Source of the DNA: Octopus vulgaris
Taxonomy: Eukaryota
Direction of reading: 5' to 3'
Length of the DNA stretch: 64,000 nucleotides
NCBI GenBank assembly: GCA_951406725.2
Contig: OX597814.1
Span: 200,942,001-201,006,000 of the forward strand
The translations under genes were made by a program, and so were the position numbers. Under the pieces are notes generated by a model. It saw nothing but the letters and a program-made list of their open reading frames with translations, did not search any database and had not been told where the DNA came from. Of this stretch, positions 51,727 to 64,000 are shown piece by piece; within the stretch, counting starts at the first letter, position 1; each line of letters opens with the position of its first letter.

Positions 51727-52128
51727 AGATCAGATTGGGGCCTGGTACAGCCTTCTGGTTTGCCAGTCCTCAGTCAAACCGCCCAACCCATGCCAGCATG
51801 GAAAGTGGACATTAAACAGTGACAAGGACGATGATGATGATGATATATATATTTACACACACACACATGTATATATATATATATATATATATATTTCCTT
51901 GGATGAAACAATCCTTTCATGAGGTTAACACAACCTCTAGTCGAATTTTCATATATATATAGAGAGAGATAGATAGGTAGATAGATAGATAGATAGATAT
52001 AGATATATGTATATGTGTGTGTGTGCGTGCATGCGTGCGTGCGTGCATGTATGTATGTATATATCACTTTTGATATAATTAGAAACACCTGAATATTATA
52101 TAGTATTATTTCTTGCTTAGTATATATT

Positions 52129-52712
52129 CTTTTCTACTCTAGGCACTAGGCCTGAAATTTTGGGGAAGTGGGGGCCAGTCGATTAGATCAACCCCGGTAT
52201 GCAACTGGTACTTAATTTATCGACCTTGAAAAGGATGAAAGGCAAAGTCAACCTTGGCAGAATTTGAACTCAGAATGTAAAGACAGCTGAAATACCTATT
52301 TCTTTACTACCCGCAAGGGGCTACACACAGAGGGGACAAACAAGGACAGACAAACGGATTAAGTCGATTACATCGAGTCCAGTGCGTAACTGGTACTTTA
52401 ATTTATCGACCCCGAAAGGATGAAAGGCAAAGTCGACCTTGGTGGAATTTGAACTCAGAAAGTAATGGCAGACGAAATACCTATTTCTTTATTACCCACA
52501 AGGGGCTAAACACAGAGGGGACAAACAAGGACAGACAAATGAATTAAGTCGCTTACATCGACCCTAGTGCGTATGTGGTACTTAATTTATCAACCCTGAA
52601 AGGATGCAAGGCAAAGTCGACCTCGGCGGAATTTGAACTCAGAACGTAACGGCAGACGAAATACCACTACGCATTTTGCCCGGCATGCTATCGTTTCTGT
52701 CAGTTCACTGCC
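52129..52712 (-). mobile_element. Trimeric family B SINE inside a single TSD
   Basis: Three tandem bodies; 19-bp TSD TTCTTGCTTAGTA(T/G)ATATT at 52110-52128 and 52713-52731. Confidence 0.88.
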
Positions 52713-53796
52713 TTCTTGCTTAGTAGATATTATTCAATATGTTGTTCTATTAGTTGTTGGAAATAGCGAGAAATTTGACTCTTTGCGTCTGTCTATAAAC
52801 TGAAATATGTGAGGGTAAATAAGAAATAAAATGATTCTGCGAGTGTCCTTATCTACTTGACTAAGCATTAATGAAACTCAAAGTTGTTATTGATAGCAGT
52901 CTGACACCTGCTAATATGTAAAGTGTAATCTCAATCTATCATATTTATAATGAAATATGATTGCAAATTTAATCTTGATTTCTGTTAATCAGTGATAGCA
53001 ACACCTTCAAATGCTGTTAACTGTACATTAGAGTTCCATAATCGTTTTAGTCTTCTAACTTTCAAAATTGCTAAATAGGAAGTGTCAACCAGAGACATAC
53101 ATCTATGTAGTTCTTTTCCTCTTTTTTTTTTTTTTTTGTTAATCTGAAAATGTTCATCTAAAGACATCAATTGTATCATCTCTATAGAATTTCAGCTACC
53201 ATAATGTTCAATATAAACCTATCTCAAATTTGCAGAATAGATTTTTCTGAACTTAACTTGTTGAAAGAACAGAAAATCCTGTGATATTACTAAATATTAA
53301 TAATTATTGCTATTGTTATGCATTGACACTTTGAAATACTAATCACCAATTTGAATTCAATTTTCATAGCAAGACATTCCTGTATAGAATAGAATCTTCT
53401 TAAGTTAAAGATATACTGAGAGAATTACTTCATTAGCTGGTAGGCTTCTATACCGAAGCTGACATTTTCATCTGCTGAATTTCATTACGTTTGTACAGTT
53501 TATAAAGAATTGTGCTCTTTACTATGTTATGTGATGCTTATTCATGCTTCCATGTTTCATATCCATTGCAAAGTACCTTAGGCCTTGGGCAAGTATCTTC
53601 TACTGTAGTGTTATGTTGGCTAATATCTTTTGGATGAGTTTTGATTGACAAAAGCTATGAAAAAATGCCCCATCATAATCCATCCATTTATGCATTTATC
53701 CATCCACCTAACCATCTATCCATTCATCCATCCATCCATCCATCCATCCATCCATCCATCCATACATACATACATACATACATACATACATACATG

Positions 53797-54562
53797 TGGA
53801 GGCACATGGCTGAGTGGTTAGAACAGCGGACTCGCAATCGAGGGATCACGGGTTCGAATCTCAGACCAGGTGATGTGTGTATTTATGAGTGAAACACATA
53901 AGCTCCCCGTGGCTCTGGCAGAAGGTAATGGCAAACTTCTGCTGATTCTTTTGCCACAACTTTTTCTCACTCTTTCCTCCTGCATCTTGCAGCTCATCTG
54001 CGACGGACTGGCGTCCCATCCAGGTGGGGAACCTATATGCCAAGGAAACTGGGAAACCGGCCCTTATGAGCCAGTGTTGGCTTGAGAAGGGACAAACAAC
54101 ATACATATATACAAACATACATACATACATACATACATACATACATACATGTATAGGTGCAGGAATGGCTGTGTGGTAAGTAGCTTGCTTACCAACCACA
54201 TGGTTCTGGGTTCAGTCCCACTGTGTGGCACCTTGGGCAAGTGTCTTCTACTGTAGCCTTGGGCTGACCAAAGCGTTTTGTGAGGATTTGGTAGACGGAA
54301 ACTGGAAGGAGCCTGTTGTATATATGTATATGTATATATATATTTGTGTGTGTGTGTGTTTGCGTGTCTGTGTTTGTCCCCCCAACATCACTTGACAACC
54401 GATGCTAGTGTGTTTATGTCCCCATAACCTAGCGGTTCGGCAAAAGAGACTGATAGAATAAGTACTAGGTTTACAAAGAATAAGCCCTGGGGTCGATTTG
54501 CTCAACTATAGGTGGTGCTCCAGCATGGCCATAATCAAATGACTGAAACAAGTAAAAGAGTA
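53797..54562 (+). mobile_element. Family D SINE (53797-54099) and family A SINE (54155-54562)
   Basis: Matches to the respective family copies. Confidence 0.88.
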
Positions 54563-54586
54563 AAGAGTACATACATATATACATAC

Positions 54587-54620
<34 letters not shown>

Positions 54621-55414
54621 TAAAGTGGTGGACTGGCCAGGTTGCCAGCTTACCCAATGGCAAGTAGGCCCCTGCACCATTAGAATCCATATATGGGGGC
54701 CCATGTTATTATCTAATGGGGTGGGGGCATCCCCTCAAGCTTGTAAATTTTTTATTCACTACTGGAAGAATGCATTAATTATTTTTGCCTGGCTGCATTC
54801 GTAGACAGTTGAAAAGAATACTTTTAACAAAAAAAAAAAAAGAAATTAAATGATAGCATTGTAGTTGTGGGTGGGCCTCCTTACTCTTCTGGCAACCAAT
54901 ATTTTTAGACCCAGTCTGCTGCTGTATATATATGACGGGCTTCTTTCAGTTTCCGTCTGCCAAATCCACTCATAAGGCTTTGGTCAGTCCGAGGCTATAG
55001 TAGAAGACAAGTGCCCTAGGTGCCATGCAGTGGGACTGAACCCAGAACCTTGTGGGTGGGAAGCAAGCTTCCTACCACACAGCCACTCTTGCTTCTTCAT
55101 ATTTTTGAAATGCTTTAACTGAGGAATGGTGTGTGACTACTTCTGTATGAGTTAGAGCTCCATGTAGGTTATTATTATCCATTCTGCTTCTTAATGGTGT
55201 TACACTGTATTTAATGGTGCTACCAGTTATTATATGCAGAGCATTCATCATGGAAATTACAATCAAAGCCATCATAAATGTTTAGTTCCAACACACATTT
55301 CACCATTGCAGTTAATATGTAACCAGTATTAGATGTTCCAAGTGCATTTCAATCCCTAACAACAATAAAGCTTTGGTCGTCTTGGGACTATATTAGAAGG
55401 CCCTAATAATAGAT

Positions 55415-55646
55415 AAGGCAGTGAGCTGGCAGAAACGTTAGCACGCCGGGTGAAATGCGTAGCTGTATTTCATCTGTCGTTACGTTCCGAGTTCAAATTC
55501 CCCCAAGGTCGACTTTGCCTTTCGTCCTTTCGGGGTTGATAAATTAAGAACCAGTTACGCACAGGGGTCGATGTAATCGACTTAATCCCTTTGTCTGTCC
55601 TTGTTTGTCCCGTCTGTGTTTAGCTCCTTGTGGGTAGTAAAGAAAT
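55415..55646 (+). mobile_element. SINE family B
   Basis: Full-length match to the 49618 copy. Confidence 0.88.
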
Positions 55647-57197
55647 ATATATATTAGAGGGCCCTTACCCAAGATGCCACGTAATGGATTGAACCCCAAA
55701 ACACATGGTTGGGAAACAAACTCAGCTACACCTACACCTAAAATATATAAATAAATAAAATACCATTCACGAAATAAACAAAAAAATAAAACAAAATGTT
55801 TTGAGTGGAATTTCGCTTTAATTTTTATCCACAAAGGGAAATGTTTTATCTTCATTTTATACGGAGTTGTAAAGGCAGAAAACAAAATTAAATCAATTAT
55901 TTACATTTCAATCAAACTTCACAATTTCAAAGTGCCTGTTTCTAAAAGGAAAAATAGTTTTTTTTTACATAAATTGTTCTGAATGTAAAAAGAGCCAAAA
56001 AATGTTCCACAGCTCAAATATTTGTTTGTAAAGTTGTAATTTATCATGCTTAACAGAATCTCTATTCCTTTTATTTATTGGGTTTTTTGTTTTTTTATAT
56101 ATTTATGATTAGCCATTTCTGAAAGAAGGCTTCTCCTTCATTTGTTGTAAATCATTTAATAAAATTTAACACCTGAATCTACTGCTTATATCAAATAAAA
56201 AATTGATATAACGGTGTATATATATGATATGGATAATTTACATCAATTTAACATGAAAAGCAAAAGAAGAAAGAGACAACTTTTGTTGTGTGTAACAAAT
56301 TGGACAGTTAAAATACTGAAAATACTTATTGACATCAGTTCTCACATATATAGGAAAATAAATATTGAATTATGTAGAGAACAAATAATTTTCTTGGAAT
56401 GATCATAAGGTGTTTTTTCATCAGCTATAAATCAGCCACAAAAGACAAAAACAATTCATCACGTCATTGTTAGAATTTCTGTTGAGTAATTTCTTGTATG
56501 ATTGATACAGTCAGTTCTCTGTGCTGGCCTCTACAAAAATAAATATAGATTTACTTACTATTCCATCCTCTAATTCCGAAACTTTCCTACAATTAACCTT
56601 TTCCTTATTTTTATAGTTCATTTCAATGCTGGCTGCCAATCATTGTATTTGGAAGTTTGAAATATGACTGCAATGGAAATGGAAAAAATAAGCTCATAGC
56701 TTTATGTATCCCCATGTCAGTAAATACACAGGAAATGAATCATGAGATGTTATATATCTCTTTCCATTTATCAGGAATACTTGTGAAAGGTAAGACAAAT
56801 ATCAAGATGGTAACAAAATAATTGAAGTACCAGACATACAAGCATATTACTGTATCATATTTACATGAGTCAATGGCCGTCTTCCACGTACCTCCAGTTG
56901 ATGTTGTATGGGAGGAATATGTTTTCAAATGAACTGAAGACTAAAGGAAATCCTCAAGAGACCTTTGAGATTGTATTTTTAATTCTTGGTTTAACACTGT
57001 CACTTGGTCCATGGGGGCATTGAACTGTCCCTTCTGATGTAAGCATTTATACCAGATTTCCAGTATCAATGCGATATCTTCTCTTCTTTCAATCAGTTCG
57101 AGTCTCCAAGAAAGATTTTGTCTGCTGTTTTCTTTCTTTGACAACATCATTAAAAAATTAAGCAAAATTATTTTTGATACTTGCGCTTCTTTCTGAA

Positions 57198-59399
57198 CAG
57201 GTCGTCATCGACATACGACTTCAATTGGTCGTGAGTCGGCCTACAGGCCTACATAGCTTTAAGGTACATTCTCAGGTAAAAGTCATACACAGCATTCTGT
57301 ATTATACTACAGCAGTGTTATTTGCTCATAGAAAAGTACGATAGAATGCAAATACAAGAAAAACACAATGTAGCGTAAGAAACAGTCTCAAAAATACATA
57401 AAGATTTATTGTAGACTGGTGCCTGGCTGTGAATCTTTGATGTTGTTTGCTGAGGCAACTGTTTTAGTAGCCAGAGTTGGGTTGTTTTTTTTGATAAACA
57501 TGGTAAGCTTTGTCTGAATTATTTGTTTCTTTTCCTCTTCATAAATTTCACGATACGGAGGATGAAACACATCGTGTGCCATCCGTTCAATTCTTGCAAA
57601 TCGTTCGATATTTGGGTCCATTGTTTCAAAGTGCATAAGAACTTTATTCAGTTAAAATAAACCTTCTGATAATCCCTTTGTAGTAAAACTCCTTTCTGGC
57701 ACCTCCTCTTCTTTTTTCACTTCCCTCCTTTCTTCCCCCATGTGTTCTTTTTCCAATTGAATAAGCTCTTCATTTATAAGTTCTTCGGATTCTTGGTCTA
57801 GCAAATCTTTGATATCTTTCTCTTCACACTCCAAAGAAAGGTCTTTAGCCAGTTTTACTTTTTTCCCATGAATCAGTTCAAGTTAATGTTCACTGTTAAA
57901 TCCATCAAGAGTGTCAACAAAGCGTTTTCCAACACAATTTTACCAGGCGCCTTGCATGCATTTCTTTGTCACAGCCTCCCAATCGGCAGCGATATTCTTG
58001 ATACACATCAGAATATTGTACATTTTCCAAAAATCTTGCAGTGACAGTTCTTGGTCGGCAGCTATGGCTTAAGCGAATGTGGTTCGAAGATAGTCAGCCT
58101 TCAGTGTAGCAATCAAACCTTGATCCATTGGCTGGATGAGTGGAATCGTGTTCGACGGAGAAAAAAACACCACTTTCCCGTTGGGACGAAGATCCGATTG
58201 ATGAGATGGATGTCCAGGTTCATTATCTAGAAGCAATAACATCTTGAAAGGAATTCCTCTCTCCAAACAACATCCACGAACTTGAGGAATAAAACAATTC
58301 AGAAACCAGTCTCCAAACAGTCCTCGTGTCATCCATGCTTTAGGATGAGAGGGAAAGTAAGTGGGTAATGTTTGCTTATCTGCATTCTTGAACACACGCA
58401 GGTTTTCTAGGTGGTAAATTAAGAAAGGTTTCAGCTTAAACACTGCGATGCTCCCCCCAAGCGACAGAATCAATCTATCCTTAAATGCTTTAAATCCAAG
58501 CATGCATTTAGCTTCTTTGTTGATGTAGGTGCGAGCTGGCATGCATTTCCAAAACACTCCTGTTTCATCCATGTTAACAATCTGCTCTGCTAGACATCCT
58601 TCATCTGTAATTATTTCGTCGAAATAACTAACAAACTTACCTGCTACTTCCTCGTCTTCACTCGCTGGGAATCCATTTAAAAATTTTATGAACCACAAGG
58701 TACTTGATAAAAATTCTTGACTGAATTCTTCTCCGGAAGGTTCCTTTAGAGTTTGAAATAGACTTCTGGCCCTCGACTGCAAAGTAAAAAGACTTAACGG
58801 TGTTCGTTTTTGGATCTGATCTTCAATCCAAATTTGTAGCAATTTTTCCATTTCGTGGATGGGCCCGGTCCATTGTTTTGATATAACTGTATATTGCATG
58901 GGCACTGAACCTTTCCCAGCTTCTTGCATCCTTTCTTTATCCTCTCAAATCGTCGAAATAGAGTGGAATAACTTCAGTTCATGTGCGATCTCATTCACTT
59001 TCTTTCCTCCTTCGTGCCGTCTATTCACCATCATTTTTGTGTCGAGGCCAATGGCTTTTCTTTGGTTCTTGGCAGTTTGAGGAGCAGATGAAAACAATTT
59101 CCTCTTCGTAGACATTTTTGGGATATGTTTTGAAAAAAAATATCAAAAACAGAGTTACTGGGTGAGTCACTCTCTATTGAGCCTGGCGTTAGTAAAAAAT
59201 TTCAGAGTCTCTAGTAGTCGTCTTATAAACAGATACGAGGTTGTCTCGATGTCTTTGCGACAGGATAATCATCCATCGCTTGAGCTAACCACAGTGGTGA
59301 CCGATAACCAAACCTAGGGTAAACGCTTGTGAGCTGACGCCAATCGTCGTAAAGTCCATGGGTCGTAAGTCGGATAGGTCGTACGTCGATGACGACCTG
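57198..59399 (-). mobile_element. Tigger/pogo DNA transposon, full length (2.2 kb)
   Basis: TIRs CAGGTCGTCATCGACATACGAC and GTCGTACGTCGATGACGACCTG (1 mismatch), with TA on the right side. Confidence 0.93.
57406..59115 (-). pseudogene. Tigger/pogo (CENP-B-like DDE) transposase pseudogene
   Basis: MSTKRK..., MEKLLQIWIEDQ, NMDETGVFWK, KAWMT, LLLLDNEPGHP, LIQPMDQGLIATLKA. In-frame stops and frameshifts. Confidence 0.92.
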
Positions 59400-59569
59400 T
59401 ATTCTCACACAGCAATTGCAAAATTTCATTCCACTCTCAAATTGATAATTTAGGTACAGGCATAGCATATTGGGGCAGTGTTTTGTACAATAATACCAAG
59501 TTGACAAAAGTCCTGTAAGTGGATTTGGTAGGCAGAAACTAAAAGAAGCCAGTTGCGTATGTATCATCG

Positions 59570-59981
59570 CCATCATCATCATCATGAGGCATCCGTTTTC
59601 CATGATGACATGGATTATGTAGCTTGACCAGGACTGGTAAGAAGGATCGCTGTACCAGGCTCCTGTCTGATTTGGCTTGGTTTCTACAGCTGGATGCCCT
59701 TCCTAACACCAACCACTCTAGAAGTATAGTGGATGCCTTCTATGTGTCACTGGCATAAGTGCCGCTTACATGTCAATGGCATGGGTGCCTTTTACATGTC
59801 GCTGGCACCAGCCATGACTATGATCTTACTAAGCTTGGCATGTCTTCTCCAGCACAGCAAATTACCAAAGTTCTTGATTAGATGACATCACCTCCACGGG
59901 GTTCAACATCCGAAGATCATTCTTCACCACCTCATCATATGTCTTCTAAGGTTTAATTCTTCCACAGGTTCCTGCCATATG

Positions 59982-59985
<4 letters not shown>
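59570..59985 (-). mobile_element. RTE LINE 3' end running into the family C sequence
   Basis: GRIKP*KTYDEVVKNDLRML...ELW*FAVLEKTCQA*, followed by the family C body and an (ATG)n tail. Confidence 0.8.
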
Positions 59986-60048
<63 letters not shown>

Positions 60049-60090
60049 CTTACTTGGAAAAGGATGCGTAGCGTTCGATCATATAATAAT

Positions 60091-60149
<59 letters not shown>

Positions 60150-60434
60150 AATAATATACTTCGAAACTCGGAGAAGATGAAACAGGTACAACTGAAGACG
60201 GGGAATATTCTTTATGTTGTATGTCTCATTTCTCTGTTTTTTTTTCGCTATTCGAAAAAAAGTTCGTTTTCTATGTTCTTGTTTTTATGTTTTCGTTTCT
60301 CATTGTGTTCAACATTTTTTTTTGATGTCCTGTAGCCATATATGCGTCTATATATACATATATATGTAGGTATGTACATATATGTATGTATATATGCATA
60401 TATTTATATAATATATATATATATAAATAAATAT

Positions 60435-60492
<58 letters not shown>

Positions 60493-62230
60493 TGGCTTCT
60501 TACAATACTTTGTTTAACCCGGGGATATCGAAAGAGACACTTACCCAAGATTCCATGAAGTGAGACTGAACACGGAACCATGCAGTTGGAAAGCAAACTT
60601 CTTACCACACAGCCACCTCGGTGCCTAGACAAATGCAGACAAATAATGTAGATGATGTAAACTGCAGTTGGTCTCCTCTTTAAAGCCAACTGATAAAAGT
60701 AACAGACATGCTGGAATGTTATTAGGCTTTTAGTGAAGCTTATCCAACGTTGTTGATGAGACCAAAAGGTCAATATTCAGATAGAAACGGAGAGAATGCA
60801 GTTAAGTCAGAGATTATGAACATCAAGGAACATACTTTAGGAGATGTCTCCTGCTACTCAATCTTACTTCATTACTAATAAATATTTTATTAGGAATGGA
60901 TTGCAGAAAAAGTAAATTTGATCCTCATTAATCCTGACAATGTTTGAGCTCAGAAATTTGAAACACAAAATTAGATAAAAAAACCCCCCCAAATTAATAG
61001 GAACAGAAGGAGCATTAATACCAAAAGATAATATTTATTCCCGCTGAAAAGTGGATGCTGCATTAAAAAAGAAAGTAAAGACCCCGTTGGGATTGCTCCT
61101 ACACCTAGGGAGTTCCTCTCTGAGGCACAAGTTTGGGCAAGGAAGACCAGTAGTCGGCCCTCTCCATGCCACCAATGTTATCCAAGGGAAAAGCAAAAGG
61201 CCGATACAGCTTGGCACCAGAGACATCACAACTCATTTCTACTGCTGAGTGAACTGGAGCAACATGAAATAAAGTGTCTTGCTCAAGAACACAACACGCA
61301 GCCCGGCCTGCTAATCGAACTCACTACCTCATGATTGTGAGCCCAATGCTCAAATCATTAAGCCATGAACCTTCAGACGTTCTGTTAGAACATAGAATAC
61401 TGTATCATTTACCACGAGAAAACCTTTCATATAGACTTGTGGTGCATAGAACTAGTCGTATTGATATTGCTGGCAGGAGATAACTGTCCACCTTGACGAG
61501 AACAAGGAAGGTCAAAATCACACGATCTGGCAGTTCTGGTAAAGGTGGCAGACGATTATCTCCCACTTACAATATATGCCTCACAAGTCTATTTGAAATG
61601 TTCCCTCTTGCTAAATAATGCTGTATTTTGTGTTCTAACACAACATCCATTTCTTAGTGGGAATAAACAAAATTAGATAATTTAGATTATCTTAATCTAG
61701 CTTTCTATCTCTTACACTTTATCGGCAATTATTATTAACTAGTCAATAGGTTGTAATCTGAGGGGGATTTTGCTGCTATGTTTAGTAGGCTGAGTGACCC
61801 TAACAGGGCGCCTTTCATTAGTTTGCTGTGGTTGTGTTCCAGTAGTCCTACTGTGTGTATGATTGTGTGTGTGTGTGTGTGAGGTGTGTAAGTGATTGTG
61901 TTTTTGTACGGGTGTGTTGTGTGAGGTGTGTATTATGTGCATGCGCATGTGCGTGTTGTGGTATGTGTTTGTCAGTGCATATTATATTGTTTGTCTATTG
62001 TGTTGCATGTGTACATATAGTGTGTTGTATGTGCATGTGTTGTGTTGCATGGGTGTGCACTGTGTTGCACATGCAAGTTGAGTTGTGCACAATGTGTGGC
62101 ACATCTGTACACGCACTCTGTTGTATGCACATGCCCATGTGCATTGTTGCACAAGTATGTGCATCGTATGGATGTATCATAGAGTGTTTGATGTATCTCT
62201 GTACGCTTACTTCCGTTGTCCCACTGACGT

Positions 62231-62610
62231 GGAGGCGCAATGGCCCAGTGGTTAGGGCAGTGAACATTCAGTCATAGGATCGCGGTTTCAATTCCCAGAC
62301 CGGATATTGTGAGTGTTTATTGAGCGAAAACACCCAAAGCACTATGTAACTTTGGCAGGGGGTGGTTGCAAACCCTGCTGTTTTCCTTCACCACGACTTT
62401 CTCTCACTCTTTCTTCCTGTTTCTGTTGTGCCTGTATTTCAAAGGGGCCAGCCTTGTCACACTTTGTGTCGTGTTGAATCTCCCCAAGAACTACGTTAAG
62501 GGTACGCGTGTCTATGGAGCATTCAGCCACTTGCACGTTAATTTCACAAGTAGGGTATTCCGTTGAATGGATCAACTGGAACACTCGTCGTTATAACCGA
62601 CAGAGTGCTG
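62231..62610 (+). mobile_element. SINE family D
   Basis: Matches the 46208 copy. Confidence 0.85.
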
Positions 62611-62830
62611 TAACGCACTGATAACTGGAACAATAAGAACAACAACAGCAACGACATTTTGGAATGGTAGAGTTATTCCATTGCTCAGTTTGCCACCCTT
62701 GGGTGCTGGGCAAACCAGAGATGATGTGTTGTGAAGTTCATTCTTTTTCCAAGTACATTTTTGAGTTGACAGTACGTAAAACTTGTTTTACTGTAAATTA
62801 AAACTAGGCTGTGAATTTTTTTTTGACATA

Positions 62831-63017
62831 GGCGCAGGAGTGGCTGTTTGGTAAGTAGTTTGCTTACCAACCACATGGTTCCGGGTTCAGTTCCACTCTG
62901 TGGCACTTTGGGCAAGTGTCTTCTGCTATAGCCTCGGGCCGACCAAAGCCTTGTGAGTAAATTTGGTAGACGGAAACCGAAAGAAGCCCGTCGTATATAT
63001 ATATGTATATATATATG

Positions 63018-63108
<91 letters not shown>

Positions 63109-63296
63109 TTGTGTGTGTGTGTGTCCCCAACATCGCTTGACAACCGATGGTGTGTTTACGTCCCCGTAAATTAGTGGTTTGGCAAAAGAGACCGATAGAA
63201 TAAGTACTAGGCTTACAAAGAATAAGTCGTGGAGTCGATTTGCTCGACTAAAGGCGGTGCTCTAGCATGGCCGCAGTCAAAATGACTGAAACAAGT
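62831..63296 (+). mobile_element. SINE family A with an expanded internal (TA)n(TG)n
   Basis: Full head-to-tail match. Confidence 0.92.
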
Positions 63297-63326
63297 TATG
63301 AAAAATAATAAAAAGATCTCCCCACA

Positions 63327-63338
63327 ACAGCAGCTGAT

Positions 63339-63371
<33 letters not shown>

Positions 63372-63393
63372 ACGGCAGCAGCAGCAGCAGCAG
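63327..63393. repeat. Imperfect (CAG)n trinucleotide repeat
   Basis: Direct reading. Confidence 0.9.
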
Positions 63394-64000
63394 TATTTGT
63401 AGCTGCAAGGTTAATGTCGATAGCTGAAATAATTGTCCTACCAATATTTGTAAACTTGTCAAATCTCTAACACAGAAACTCCCAATTCACAGAGAAAGTT
63501 AAATTTACATCATAACCACTACGATACAATCAGAATAGAAATTAGAATAGAAACAATAAGAAATTAAAGAACGACTGGAGAAGGTTTGGAGGGCGGGGGG
63601 TGGGGGGTGAAAGGAAGGCGAAATGGTTGGGGGTTTCTTTGGTACAAACTCTTGAGATATTACTCAAGTCAGTCTTATAGTCACACATGATGGCATCTTC
63701 TGAGTGATGGGATGAACTATTGTGTTTGAAGTGAAATAATGATAAATTGTCTTATTGCTTTACTGAACAATAGAGCTATCAAGAAGAAAAGGTCAATTTG
63801 TATGGTATCCATTAAGACTTGCTTCTGCGTCCTTTCTACTCTTGGTGATTTCATCGAAAGTTTTGATACGGTTCAGTGAATAGTATAGACATAAAACTTA
63901 TTGCTTGACTGTTCAACAGCCCCCCCCACCCACTTTGTTTTTGCCTTTCCTTCTTGCTTTCGTCGCCACGACCACTACTACGAAAACAAACACCGACACC

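Noticed and set aside
63277-63462. polyQ or polyL signal-peptide-like ORF
   Set aside because: No ATG start, nearby stops and no supported splice sites; treated as a trinucleotide repeat.

Overview
AT-rich, repeat-saturated animal DNA. The SINE/LINE inventory and (TA)n/(TACA)n microsatellites suggest an Octopus-like cephalopod genome; this is an inference, as no search was run. I found no host protein-coding gene, so the window is probably intronic or intergenic, and most listed ORFs are microsatellite artefacts. Recognisable content: many tRNA-headed SINEs, CR1- and RTE-type LINE fragments, a young non-autonomous Gypsy-type LTR element (tRNA-Trp PBS, TACC TSD), two Helitron PIF1-helicase remnants plus a head-to-tail non-autonomous Helitron, a 2.2-kb Tigger/pogo element, mariner/Tc1, hAT and piggyBac derivatives, a 5S rRNA pseudogene and two satellites. 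The most notable signal is five small elements with no evident sequence similarity to each other, all lodged in (TA)n tracts. Each carries an intact or decayed type I hammerhead ribozyme fold plus an inverted copy of its own 3' region. One retains a Penelope-type GIY-YIG endonuclease remnant, so the group looks like Penelope-like or retrozyme-like self-cleaving retroelements.
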